Assembly: GCA_963677925.2 (NCBI GenBank)
Contig: CAXXYH010000004.1
Span: 352,001 to 416,000, forward strand
Source of the DNA: Spirochaetia bacterium
Lineage (GTDB): Bacteria > Spirochaetota > Spirochaetia > UBA9216
Direction: 5' to 3'
Length of the DNA stretch: 64,000 nucleotides
The notes under the pieces were generated by a model. That model saw nothing but the letters and a program-made list of their open reading frames with translations. It searched no databases and was not told the DNA's origin. Of the stretch, positions 31,148 through 39,785 are shown one piece after another; the stretch's first letter is position 1, and each line of letters starts with the position of its first letter. The position numbers were made by a program, and so were the translations under genes.

Positions 31148-31274
31148 ATTTACTCCTACAAATAAAACAAATATATATCGTTCTAAGGAAGTGATTTTTT
31201 CCAAATTAGAACTAAAATAATTTTCAAAAATTTATATGGCAAGATTATATATAGTTCCTAAAATTTTCCACTCA

Positions 31275-31781
31275 TTACACAAATACATCCTGCAGAAAAG
31301 TCACTCCCTGCTTCTTCTCAGCATTATCCGGAATATAACTTTCAGCATACAGCCTGAATGTTTTTTCATTTATATCTTTATCATTCCGAATTAATTTCAG
31401 TCCGGATTTTATACATGCATACTCTACAATAAAATCAATATCACTTGCTCCGACCAGAACTATACTTTCATACCCGGTTGCTTTTATACCACCTATAAGT
31501 GTCTCAATCTTATCCCGGTAATCAGCGACATTCTTGAGAGTCCGCTTGAAATACTTGTAGCTGCGCCTGGTAATCTCTTCAACACCGGAGGGAGTAACAA
31601 CATAGCGGATATTCCTGTTATTAACCTTCTTTACCATCAGCCAGCCCTTCTGTACAAGACGTTTCAGGATAGCATTTGTCATCCCGAGAGACAGCTCTGA
31701 TGTTCTGGCAAGCTCACGCTGGCTTAGAGGAGTTGAGGTGTTATGAATACTGTTTAAGATTTCTATTTCTTTTTCGTTCAA
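31275..31781 (-). CDS. Winged-helix (MarR-like, EPS-associated) transcriptional regulator
   Basis: SQRELA...SLGMTNAILKRL...Y.VTP.G; first gene of the polysaccharide operon. Confidence 0.85.
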   Translation of the reverse strand: MNEKEIEILNSIHNTSTPLSQRELARTSELSLGMTNAILKRLVQKGWLMVKKVNNRNIRYVVTPSGVEEITRRSYKYFKRTLKNVADYRDKIETLIGGIKATGYESIVLVGASDIDFIVEYACIKSGLKLIRNDKDINEKTFRLYAESYIPDNAEKKQGVTFLQDVFV

Positions 31782-32025
31782 GGTTTTATTCTAAACCTAA
31801 ATACTTCAGCATTTAGGTTTTACCATAAGTATAAAGAAGTAATTTTAAAAAAATTACTTCAAACTAAAAATGGCTACTAATCGAGCAGTCATTTTTAGTC
31901 AGGCACAATGAGTCCTTCCATTTTTAATTATAAAATGGAAAATATATATGGACCCAATTCTGTGCATTCGCCGCCGAAACAGACTGATATGAAATGAGAA
32001 CTGGTATGTTTCTGTCATCGGTTAG

Positions 32026-32070
32026 TGTTCGATGTATGAACAATTATACCGCAATACAGATCGATTTCAA
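32026..32070 (-). promoter_or_regulatory. Sigma70 promoter of the polysaccharide operon with a palindromic operator over the start site
   Basis: TTGAAA (32070-32065), 16 nt, TATAAT (32048-32043), then immediately TGTTCatacatcGAACA (32042-32026). Confidence 0.7.
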
Positions 32071-32119
32071 TAGAATTCGGATTAATAATTGGCTGAATTT
32101 ACACATATCTGTAAGAAAT

Positions 32120-32136
32120 TGTTCGAATGCTGAACA
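32120..32136. promoter_or_regulatory. Second copy of the TGTTC-N7-GAACA operator
   Basis: Minus strand TGTTCagcattcGAACA, 94 bp from the first copy. Confidence 0.65.
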
Positions 32137-32150
32137 TAAATTTAGGAGTT

Positions 32151-32450
32151 TTATACAGAATAAAAGATTTGCCCCATTCGATCGATATGGTCAATAAGTT
32201 CTTTATTATCAATATGCTCCATTATTGAAATATCTATCTTATAAGGAAGCATCAGTTTTTCAAGCTCTTCATCGATCTGAAAGAGAATATCGGTAGAAAG
32301 TCCATTTCCAATTAATGTAAGATCTATATCTGAGCCGTTATGAAATGTATCCTTAGATCGGGAGCCATAGATTAAAACTTTTTTTACTTGCGAGAATTGT
32401 TTAAAAACACTCTGGATTTGAAGGATAGTATCTTCTTTCAAGCCAAACAT
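32151..32450 (-). CDS. MNT nucleotidyltransferase (HI0073-like antitoxin)
   Basis: IYGSRSK...GSDIDL...DIS. Confidence 0.9.
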   Translation of the reverse strand: MFGLKEDTILQIQSVFKQFSQVKKVLIYGSRSKDTFHNGSDIDLTLIGNGLSTDILFQIDEELEKLMLPYKIDISIMEHIDNKELIDHIDRMGQIFYSV

Positions 32451-32457
32451 TTTTCTG

Positions 32458-32880
32458 TCACTTTTCCTGTTCAGCCAGCTGACGCATCTTTATAGAAAAC
32501 TTTTCGAATTCACCATAAAATTGCTGAACCACACTCTCAATAATGTCCTCAGCGGTTTTTTCATTATATGTATGCGAACTTTGATTCCTGCTTTGAATCA
32601 TCTTCATCCATGAACCACCATCCTCGATAAGACCATAGCTGAAGGCTTCTCTCACCGCATCTTTAGAACCAAAAATCTGGTTATTACCTCGATATTTAAA
32701 AAAATCCTTTATTGTATTCCATGCAAGTTCGTGAGTAAATTCAAAAGACTGAATAAGCCCCTGTTTTTCAAGATCACTTAAATCTCTTATTCGAGATAAT
32801 TTTACCGCATTTTCGAGCTGTTTAAGAGCTTTAATATAACTGTTCAGACGCTGAATCCAGCGGATATCCTTATTATCCAT
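32458..32880 (-). CDS. HEPN protein, HI0074 family (nucleotidyltransferase substrate-binding, putative RNase toxin)
   Basis: DIRWIQR, GLIQSFEFTHELAW, RNQSSHTY (Rx4HxY); likely start MDNKD at 32880. Confidence 0.9.
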   Translation of the reverse strand: MDNKDIRWIQRLNSYIKALKQLENAVKLSRIRDLSDLEKQGLIQSFEFTHELAWNTIKDFFKYRGNNQIFGSKDAVREAFSYGLIEDGGSWMKMIQSRNQSSHTYNEKTAEDIIESVVQQFYGEFEKFSIKMRQLAEQEK

Positions 32881-32891
32881 TGATTTGAATA

Positions 32892-33257
32892 TTATAAAAC
32901 AAATCTTTTCCATTCAAGCTGACAACCCTGAAAATTTAACAGATAACCCACTTTGCAGCCGGCGATGTGTAAATAATTGATTAACTGTGCTGAATGTGCC
33001 TCTGAAAACTGTTTAACCGACTTTAATTCAAGAATAACCTTGTTTTCAACGACAAGGTCTGCGAAATATTCACCTACAAGATTACCTTTGTATTCAACAT
33101 TAAACGGCACATTATACCCAACCGATAAGCCGGTTTCTTTTAGTTCATAAAACATAGCATTGTGATAGCATTGTTCCAATAATCCAGGACCCAAACTGCC
33201 GTGCACCCTAAAAGCACAACCAATAACCTTATAACTTAAATCTTTGTACAGAACCAT
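32892..33257 (-). CDS. GxxExxY protein (PD-(D/E)XK nuclease-like)
   Basis: LGPGLLEQCY, ADLVV..VILELK, AQLINYL, LLNF; GGAGG RBS before the ATG at 33257. Confidence 0.9.
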   Translation of the reverse strand: MVLYKDLSYKVIGCAFRVHGSLGPGLLEQCYHNAMFYELKETGLSVGYNVPFNVEYKGNLVGEYFADLVVENKVILELKSVKQFSEAHSAQLINYLHIAGCKVGYLLNFQGCQLEWKRFVL

Positions 33258-33291
33258 ATCTGCCTCCTGCATTTTTATACAGAAGACACAG

Positions 33292-33366
33292 ATCCGCTTT
33301 ATAAATTGTCAAGGGACGTAAACGAAGTTTTCGTCTATGCCTGCCCTTTACAATTTATAAACGGAT
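33292..33366. repeat. Long imperfect inverted repeat with an inner hairpin
   Basis: atccgctttataaattgtcaaggg ... ccctttacaatttataaacggat; inner gacgtaaac-gaa-gttttcgtc. Confidence 0.85.
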
Positions 33367-33726
33367 AGTAAAATGAAGAATCTTCAGGAGGAGGATACCT
33401 ACTATTTCCTTAATCTCTGCCCGCCATTACCATATACAAATCAGTGTTCTCAGTGGCCAAAGAACCTTAAACTCTGAGTGCTGCTACAATAGACTATATT
33501 TACTTCAGCAGAATTCCGGAGTCTTCGATTTCTGATTTTAATAGCGAGTTTGTATTTTTGTTATATTGAACAATATCAAAAGAGTATTCTATTCCGCGTC
33601 TTTCGATATCAGCCAAAAATATAATCCTTTTTTTATTAAAGATTATTTTCCTGGTATCTGTCATAAGAAAACGCCCTTTCGGATTTAGTATAAAGTTATT
33701 GATTCTATCGGTCAAATCCTATTTAA

Positions 33727-34266
33727 CTAAAACACCACCATTCCGATTACTGCCCCGGCAAGAATATAAATCGGAGCCGGCAGCGGTTTGACTCTGTATG
33801 CAGCAAAGAGGACAGCAAAAAGTATTAACGCAGGGATATTCAGGCTGAACGCCGGGGTATCATTTAACAGGCTTTTACTGATCACATACCAGGATGCAGA
33901 AGCAATAAGCCCAATGGCTGCCGGGCGGATACCCCACAGCACATTTTTAACGATTTTGTTTGAAGCATAATTCTTCATAAAAGCAGCGATAAATATGATA
34001 ATTACCAGGGATGGAAGCACTATTCCTGCAGTTGCGGCAAGAGATCCCTGAACAGAGGCAAGTCTGAAGCCTGTATAGGTTGCCATATTGATTCCTATCG
34101 GTCCCGGCGTTGACTGGCTTACGGCTATCATATCAATAAACTCATTAGAACCAAGAAGACCGCCGTCAACAACTGCTGTTTTTAACAAAGGAAGACTTGC
34201 AAGCCCACCGCCTATAGTAAAAAAGCCGATACGGATGAACATCAGAAACAGGTGAAGTATACTCAC
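33727..34266 (-). CDS. Short-chain chromate transporter (CHR) subunit
   Basis: FTIGGG, SQSTPGPIGIN, LPSL. Confidence 0.9.
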   Translation of the reverse strand: MSILHLFLMFIRIGFFTIGGGLASLPLLKTAVVDGGLLGSNEFIDMIAVSQSTPGPIGINMATYTGFRLASVQGSLAATAGIVLPSLVIIIFIAAFMKNYASNKIVKNVLWGIRPAAIGLIASASWYVISKSLLNDTPAFSLNIPALILFAVLFAAYRVKPLPAPIYILAGAVIGMVVF

Positions 34267-34808
34267 GCCTTTTTCCTTTCAACGGTGCTCTTTATAAGCC
34301 CGGCGAGCGCACCGGCTATTATCACCGGAACCGGAGAAACCTCGAAGACCGCAGCTGCAGCCAGTGCCGCAAGTGATAGAATTATTTCAACAGCCGATTT
34401 CCAGCCTTTTTTAGCTAGGCTTATCAGCGTATTCACCAGCAGAACCGAAACAGCCACTCTTATTCCCAGAAAAGCCTTCTGTACAAGGGCAATCTCCTGA
34501 AACCGCGGAAGAAAAACAGCAATAACCATAATTATTATCAAAGATGGTGTTACCATACCTATAGTAGAAATAACAGCTCCTGGTATTCCGCGCCTCTTGT
34601 AACCTACGAATGTTGCAGTATTAATCGCAATTATCCCTGGTGTAGCCTGACCGATTGCATAGTAATCAAGCAGCTCTTCATCAGTCAGCCATCCGCGTTT
34701 TTTTATCAGTTCATCCCTGAGCATTGGAAGCATTACATACCCGCCGCCGATAGAAAACAAGCCTATCCTGAAAAAAAGAAAGTACAGAAGAATCAGTTCG
34801 CTAAGCAT
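34263..34808 (-). CDS. Short-chain chromate transporter (CHR) subunit
   Basis: FSIGGGY, GQATPGIIAIN, TPSL. Confidence 0.9.
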   Translation of the reverse strand: MLSELILLYFLFFRIGLFSIGGGYVMLPMLRDELIKKRGWLTDEELLDYYAIGQATPGIIAINTATFVGYKRRGIPGAVISTIGMVTPSLIIIMVIAVFLPRFQEIALVQKAFLGIRVAVSVLLVNTLISLAKKGWKSAVEIILSLAALAAAAVFEVSPVPVIIAGALAGLIKSTVERKKA

Positions 34809-34888
34809 GGACCCATATTACTTATTTTACAAAAGTTATAAAAGCCGGATTCTTGCATCTGCACAAGTAAATATATTATTATCAGTAA

Positions 34889-35863
34889 ATGAGCAAATTA
34901 CAGGTTTACGGAATAGGAAACGTCCTTATAGATGTTGTTGTACATGTTACAGATGAAGATCTGGCGAGCCTCGGGCTTGATAAAGGAATAATGAAACTCA
35001 CCGAAGGCGAGGAAAGAGATAAAATTGTGGAATTCATCCGAACAAAGAAGCCGGAATTTCACTGCGGAGGTTCAGCTCCCAACACAATAATTACACTGTC
35101 GCAGCTGGGTGTAAACGCTGCGCTTTCGGGTAAAATCGGTCCGGACGATCTCGGCGACCGTTATGAAAAGCAGCTTAAAGATCATAATGTTACCTCTTAC
35201 CTCAAACGCGGCGAAGGCAACACCGGCACAAGCATAATCCTTGTAAGCCCGGATTCCGAAAGGACGATGAACACCTCACTTGAGATTAACCGTGAATACG
35301 GTATTGATAACATACAGCCGGACGCCATTGCCAAGGCTGAATACCTTTACTTCACAGGATATATGTGGGATACGGAATCTCAGAAAAACGCCTTAACCAG
35401 GGCCATCGAAATAGCCAAAGAATCAGGAACAAAGATCGTCTTTGATGCTGCGGACCCCTTTGCAGTTAACCGAAGCGAGGGTGAGTTCTGCCGACTTGTA
35501 GAAAATCATTTTGACATAGTTTTTGCCAACGCAGAAGAGGCAAGACTGATGTTCGGTTCAGATGATGTAGTAAAATGCACTGAAATGCTTTCCGAATTAT
35601 GTGAAATAGCGGTTGTTAAAAACGGCTCCAAAGGCTCGGTTGTCCGTAGGGGCGCTGAATCCTATCAAATTCCTGTATACAAAACGAAGGCTGTTGACAC
35701 AACAGGGGCCGGAGACATTTACGCTGCAGGCTTTCTTTACGGACTGTGCACCGGCAAAAGCCTTGAGGAAAGCGGACATATCGCATCAAAACTTGCATCA
35801 GGCATAGTCGGGCAGGTCGGCGCCCAGTTTACAGCTGAAAGACTGAAGGCCATTAACATCTAA
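34889..35863 (+). CDS. PfkB-family carbohydrate/adenosine kinase
   Basis: GNVLID, GGSAPN, ERTM, ANAEE, DTTGAGD. Confidence 0.9.
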   Translation: MSKLQVYGIGNVLIDVVVHVTDEDLASLGLDKGIMKLTEGEERDKIVEFIRTKKPEFHCGGSAPNTIITLSQLGVNAALSGKIGPDDLGDRYEKQLKDHNVTSYLKRGEGNTGTSIILVSPDSERTMNTSLEINREYGIDNIQPDAIAKAEYLYFTGYMWDTESQKNALTRAIEIAKESGTKIVFDAADPFAVNRSEGEFCRLVENHFDIVFANAEEARLMFGSDDVVKCTEMLSELCEIAVVKNGSKGSVVRRGAESYQIPVYKTKAVDTTGAGDIYAAGFLYGLCTGKSLEESGHIASKLASGIVGQVGAQFTAERLKAINI

Positions 35864-35911
35864 GAACTGCAGTTCTTAGATAAGTTCCAATTTGGAATTA
35901 TGATTATTCAG

Positions 35912-35952
35912 AAAAACCTCAAGAACCCCAATTTTGGGTTTTTGAGGTTTTT
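35912..35952. terminator. Bidirectional intrinsic terminator between convergent genes
   Basis: aaaaacctcaagaaccc...gggtttttgaggttttt hairpin flanked by A and T tracts. Confidence 0.65.
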
Positions 35953-35953
35953 A

Positions 35954-36463
35954 TTAATCTATCAGGTATCCTGTAAAACCGATTCCGTACCTGGTGTAGG
36001 ACTCATCTGCAAAGACATAGGCCGCCTCAAAATAAAAGCCGCCCAGTGAAAGGCACGCCCCAAGTTCAGGATTAAAATGATATACAGCACTCTCCGCTGT
36101 CGAGTGAAGCATCACTGCACCGCCGTAGGGTCTGAATGCAAGAATATTTCCCAGACTCATATCAGCATAGAGATGCATCGGTACATCAATCAGAGCATTT
36201 TCCCCATCACCAAAATCATAGGTCATGTAGAGAAAACCCAGTTCTCCCCCGGCCGAAAGAAACTTATTAACCCTGTAACCGGCGCCAAGCAGACCTCCGG
36301 CTCTAAGATAGAACAAGGATTCCAGAAACTGAAATGCTCCCTCAGTCTCAAAATCGTGTGCGTTGTAATAAATACCAGCGGAAATATCGACGGTCAGTCC
36401 ATCGGCCATTAAAAAGCTGCTGCATAATAGTAGAAGCAGCAACAGGAGAATTAACTTTTTCAC
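35954..36463 (-). CDS. Secreted hypothetical protein, small OM beta-barrel-like
   Basis: Signal peptide, Gly/aromatic alternating strands. Confidence 0.6.
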   Translation of the reverse strand: MKKLILLLLLLLLCSSFLMADGLTVDISAGIYYNAHDFETEGAFQFLESLFYLRAGGLLGAGYRVNKFLSAGGELGFLYMTYDFGDGENALIDVPMHLYADMSLGNILAFRPYGGAVMLHSTAESAVYHFNPELGACLSLGGFYFEAAYVFADESYTRYGIGFTGYLID

Positions 36464-36517
36464 GTTAGACCTCTTTTAAATTATAACTTTTATATTTTGT
36501 TATGCAAATTATATCAT

Positions 36518-36544
36518 AAAAAAGCCGTCAGAAATCTGACGGCT
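36518..36544 (-). terminator. Intrinsic terminator of gatCAB-aspS
   Basis: agccgtcag-N4-ctgacggct followed by T6 on the minus strand. Confidence 0.8.
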
Positions 36545-36567
36545 GAATAAATACTGAAATAATTTAT

Positions 36568-38343
36568 CTATTCTTCGCTGATCATTGAGATCTCAAGGCT
36601 GAGTTCCTCAAGCTGAGACTCTTCTACAGGACCCGGGGCATCAGACATCATACAGGTGGCCTTCTGTGTTTTCGGGAAGGCAATTACGTCCCTGATTGAA
36701 TCTGTGCCGATAAAAAGCATCATGATTCTGTCCAGGCCGAGGGCAAGTCCTGCATGGGGCGGAGCTCCGTACTGGAGGGCTTCAAGAAGGAAGCCGAACT
36801 TAAGCTTTGCATCTTCTTCCTCTATACCAAGCAGGCTGAATATCTTCTGCTGCATAACGTTGTCATGGATTCTGACAGACCCCCCGCCGATCTCGTTTCC
36901 GTTAAGAACAAGGTCGTAGGCATTGGTTTTAACTGCAAAAACATCGGTATCAAGCAGCTCTTCGTCTTCCGGTCTCGGTGCAGTGAAGGGATGATGCATT
37001 GAAGTAGGCCTGCCGTTGTCGTCCTTTTCAAAAAGCGGGAAGTCAACTACCCAGAGGAAGTTGAACTCGTTCTTGTCGATAAGACCTAGTTTTTCACCCA
37101 TTAGAAGTCTGAGTGCGGCAAGGCTCTGGCATACAACCTTTTCCTTATCTGCGACAAATATCAGTACGTCGCCTGTTTCAGCACCCATTCTTTCATAAAG
37201 AGCCTTGGACTCTTCCTCAGTAAAGAATTTAACAATCGGAGACTGAGGACCGTCTGCGTTCATCTTAATCCATGCAACACCCTTGCCCCTGTAAGGTTTG
37301 ATGTATGGAGTCATTTCATCAAGATCTTTTCTGCTGAGCTTGTCGGCAGCGCCCTTGAGGTTGATACAGCGCACGAGGCCGCCAGATGCTACAGCGTTCT
37401 TGAAAACGCCGAAGCCTGAGTCCGCAAAAACATCGGAACAGTCAACAATCTCAAGGCCGAAACGAAGGTCCGGCTTATCGTTACCGTATTTTCGCATTGA
37501 CTCATCATAGCTGAGTCTCGGGAAAGGAAGCGCTATATCCTTGTTAAAAATATCCTTCATCAGTTTTTTGAAAAGACCTTCAAGCATGCTGATGATATCG
37601 TCACGGTCTACGAATGACATTTCAAGGTCTACCTGGGTAAACTCGGGCTGCCTGTCGGCGCGGAGGTCCTCATCCCTGAAACACTTTGCTATCTGGAAGT
37701 ATCTGTCGAAGCCTGAAATCATCAGAGTCTGCTTGAAAAGCTGGGGACTCTGGGGCAGAGCGTAGAACATTCCCGGGTTTACACGGCTTGGAACAAGATA
37801 GTCTCGTGCGCCTTCGGGTGTTGATTTCTGAAGAATAGGAGTTTCAACCTCAACAAAATCATTATCAAGAAAGTAGTTCCGAATCATTCCGGTTACCTTG
37901 CTTCTAAAGATCATGTTGTTCTGAAGCTGCTTACCGCGGAGATCGAGGTATCTGTGAACAAGTCTGGTTTCTGCATTTACGCTTTCAGAATGCTGTACAT
38001 CGAAGGGCGGAGTCTTTGATTTATTGAGAAGCTCAAAACTCTTTACGTAAACTTCAATATCACCGGTATCAAGGTTGGCATTTGCCATTCCTTCCGGTCT
38101 TGCCCTTACTTCACCCTCAACAGCAACTACAAACTGGCTTCTGAGTGTATGAGCCATGGCATGTGCTTCCGGGGCAACCTGCGGATCAAAGACAATCTGG
38201 GTAAGACCCCATCTGTCGTGGAGGTCGATAAAGGCAACGCCTCCGTGATCGCGGTAGTTTTCAACCCATCCGTTAAGAACGATGCTTTTGCCTGCATCTT
38301 CCTTTCTGAGCTGTCCGCAGTTATGTGTTCTCTTCAGTTTCAT
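36568..38343 (-). CDS. aspS: Aspartyl-tRNA synthetase (likely non-discriminating)
   Basis: RDHGG, TPEGARDY, LPQSPQLFKQ, FRDEDLRADRQPEFTQ, GLDR. Confidence 0.97.
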   Translation of the reverse strand: MKLKRTHNCGQLRKEDAGKSIVLNGWVENYRDHGGVAFIDLHDRWGLTQIVFDPQVAPEAHAMAHTLRSQFVVAVEGEVRARPEGMANANLDTGDIEVYVKSFELLNKSKTPPFDVQHSESVNAETRLVHRYLDLRGKQLQNNMIFRSKVTGMIRNYFLDNDFVEVETPILQKSTPEGARDYLVPSRVNPGMFYALPQSPQLFKQTLMISGFDRYFQIAKCFRDEDLRADRQPEFTQVDLEMSFVDRDDIISMLEGLFKKLMKDIFNKDIALPFPRLSYDESMRKYGNDKPDLRFGLEIVDCSDVFADSGFGVFKNAVASGGLVRCINLKGAADKLSRKDLDEMTPYIKPYRGKGVAWIKMNADGPQSPIVKFFTEEESKALYERMGAETGDVLIFVADKEKVVCQSLAALRLLMGEKLGLIDKNEFNFLWVVDFPLFEKDDNGRPTSMHHPFTAPRPEDEELLDTDVFAVKTNAYDLVLNGNEIGGGSVRIHDNVMQQKIFSLLGIEEEDAKLKFGFLLEALQYGAPPHAGLALGLDRIMMLFIGTDSIRDVIAFPKTQKATCMMSDAPGPVEESQLEELSLEISMISEE

Positions 38344-39785
38344 TATTTATCCTCTATAAGTTTGCTAATTATACTCTGTACGGATTGCGGATTGGCTGTT
38401 CCCTTGGTCGCAGCCATAACCTTTCCGACGATAAATCCCCTGGGTTTCTGATCACCGGCTTTAAGCTGGTCTTCAACTTTGGGGTTCTCATCAAGAACTT
38501 TCTTAACAATATCTTCAAGTGCACCGTCATCGGCACTCTGATCCCAGCCTTTTTCTTTTATTATGGTTTGTGGATCCTTATCTTCATCAAAAATTGCCTG
38601 CAGTGTTTGAGCGGCTATTTTACCATGAATTTTATTATCATCAAGCATTTTCAAAAGCGATGTAAAACGCCCGACAGTCAATGCTGAAGCCTCTGTTCCA
38701 AGGTCGGCCTTCGACATTCCCTTGCTGTTAAGTTCCTTTGCCACGTTGCCCATTATCCACTTTGCGGCGGTTGAGGTATCAGCCCCGGCAGCAGCGACCT
38801 GTTCAAAATATTCTGCACAGGTTTTCTCCTCACAGAGGTAATCCGCCTGATCTTCGGTAAGGCCGAAATCCTTTACAAAGCGCTGTTTGCGGGCAAGAGG
38901 AAGCTCTGTCAGTGAATCTTCAATCATAGCGAAAAAGGCTTCATCCGGTCTGAAAGGCGGAAGATCCGGCTCAGGGAAGTAACGGTAGTCGTGGGCCTGT
39001 TCCTTGCTTCTCATACTTTCGGTGACTGAACGCTTTTCGTCCCAGAGACGGGTTTCCTGAACGATGGTTCCGCCGCCGTTTATAACCTTTTCCTGCCGCT
39101 TTCGTTCGTACATCAGGGCCTTGTTAACAAAGCTTGATGAGTTGAGGTTCTTTATTTCAACCTTTCTTCCAAGCCCCTTTCCCGGAAGGTTGATTGAGAT
39201 GTTAGCATCGCAGCGCATCGATCCTTCTTCCATGTTTCCGTCACAGACACCTAGATGTCTTACAGTCCGTCTGAAAGCCTGGAGAAAGTCTTCGGCTTCA
39301 TCGCCTGTTTTAAACTCAGGCTCGGTAACGATTTCAAGAAGACAGGTACCTGCACGGTTATAGTCGCAGTAGGACTTGCCGCCCTCATGAATCATCTTTC
39401 CCGCATCTTCTTCAAGGTGGATCTCGTGAAAGTTTATCTTCTTAATTTCTCCGCCCGATTCGTATTCAAAGTATCCCTTCTGACCAAAGGGATTGGTAAA
39501 CTGGGAAATCTGATAGTTCTTGGTCAAATCCGGATAAAAGTAGTTCTTTCTTTCAAAAACACCGTTTGTTGCCAGTTCACAGTTCATTGCCCGGCAGACT
39601 ATGTATGAGAGCTTTACAGCTTCTTCATTAAGCGCCGGCAGAACACCCGGATAGCCGAGGCAGACCGGACATACGTTGCTGTTAGGTTCGTCGCCGAATT
39701 TGGATTTACATCCGCAGAAAATCTTGGTCTCTGTCAGAAGCTGGATATGTATTTCAAGTCCTATAAACGTTTCGTATACTGACAT
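38343..39785 (-). CDS. gatB: Asp/Glu-tRNA amidotransferase subunit B
   Basis: GLEIH, RKNYFYPD, HLEEDAGK, MRCDAN, DYRYFPEPD. Confidence 0.97.
   Translation of the reverse strand: MSVYETFIGLEIHIQLLTETKIFCGCKSKFGDEPNSNVCPVCLGYPGVLPALNEEAVKLSYIVCRAMNCELATNGVFERKNYFYPDLTKNYQISQFTNPFGQKGYFEYESGGEIKKINFHEIHLEEDAGKMIHEGGKSYCDYNRAGTCLLEIVTEPEFKTGDEAEDFLQAFRRTVRHLGVCDGNMEEGSMRCDANISINLPGKGLGRKVEIKNLNSSSFVNKALMYERKRQEKVINGGGTIVQETRLWDEKRSVTESMRSKEQAHDYRYFPEPDLPPFRPDEAFFAMIEDSLTELPLARKQRFVKDFGLTEDQADYLCEEKTCAEYFEQVAAAGADTSTAAKWIMGNVAKELNSKGMSKADLGTEASALTVGRFTSLLKMLDDNKIHGKIAAQTLQAIFDEDKDPQTIIKEKGWDQSADDGALEDIVKKVLDENPKVEDQLKAGDQKPRGFIVGKVMAATKGTANPQSVQSIISKLIEDK

Noticed and set aside
31965-31976. GGCGGCGAATG as an ops/JUMPstart element
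   Set aside because: Only a partial match to GGCGGTAGnnTG, and no RfaH-like gene is in the window.
33500-33715. 71-aa minus-strand ORF between the CHR pair and GxxExxY
   Set aside because: Non-ATG start, no clear RBS or recognisable motif; cannot be supported.
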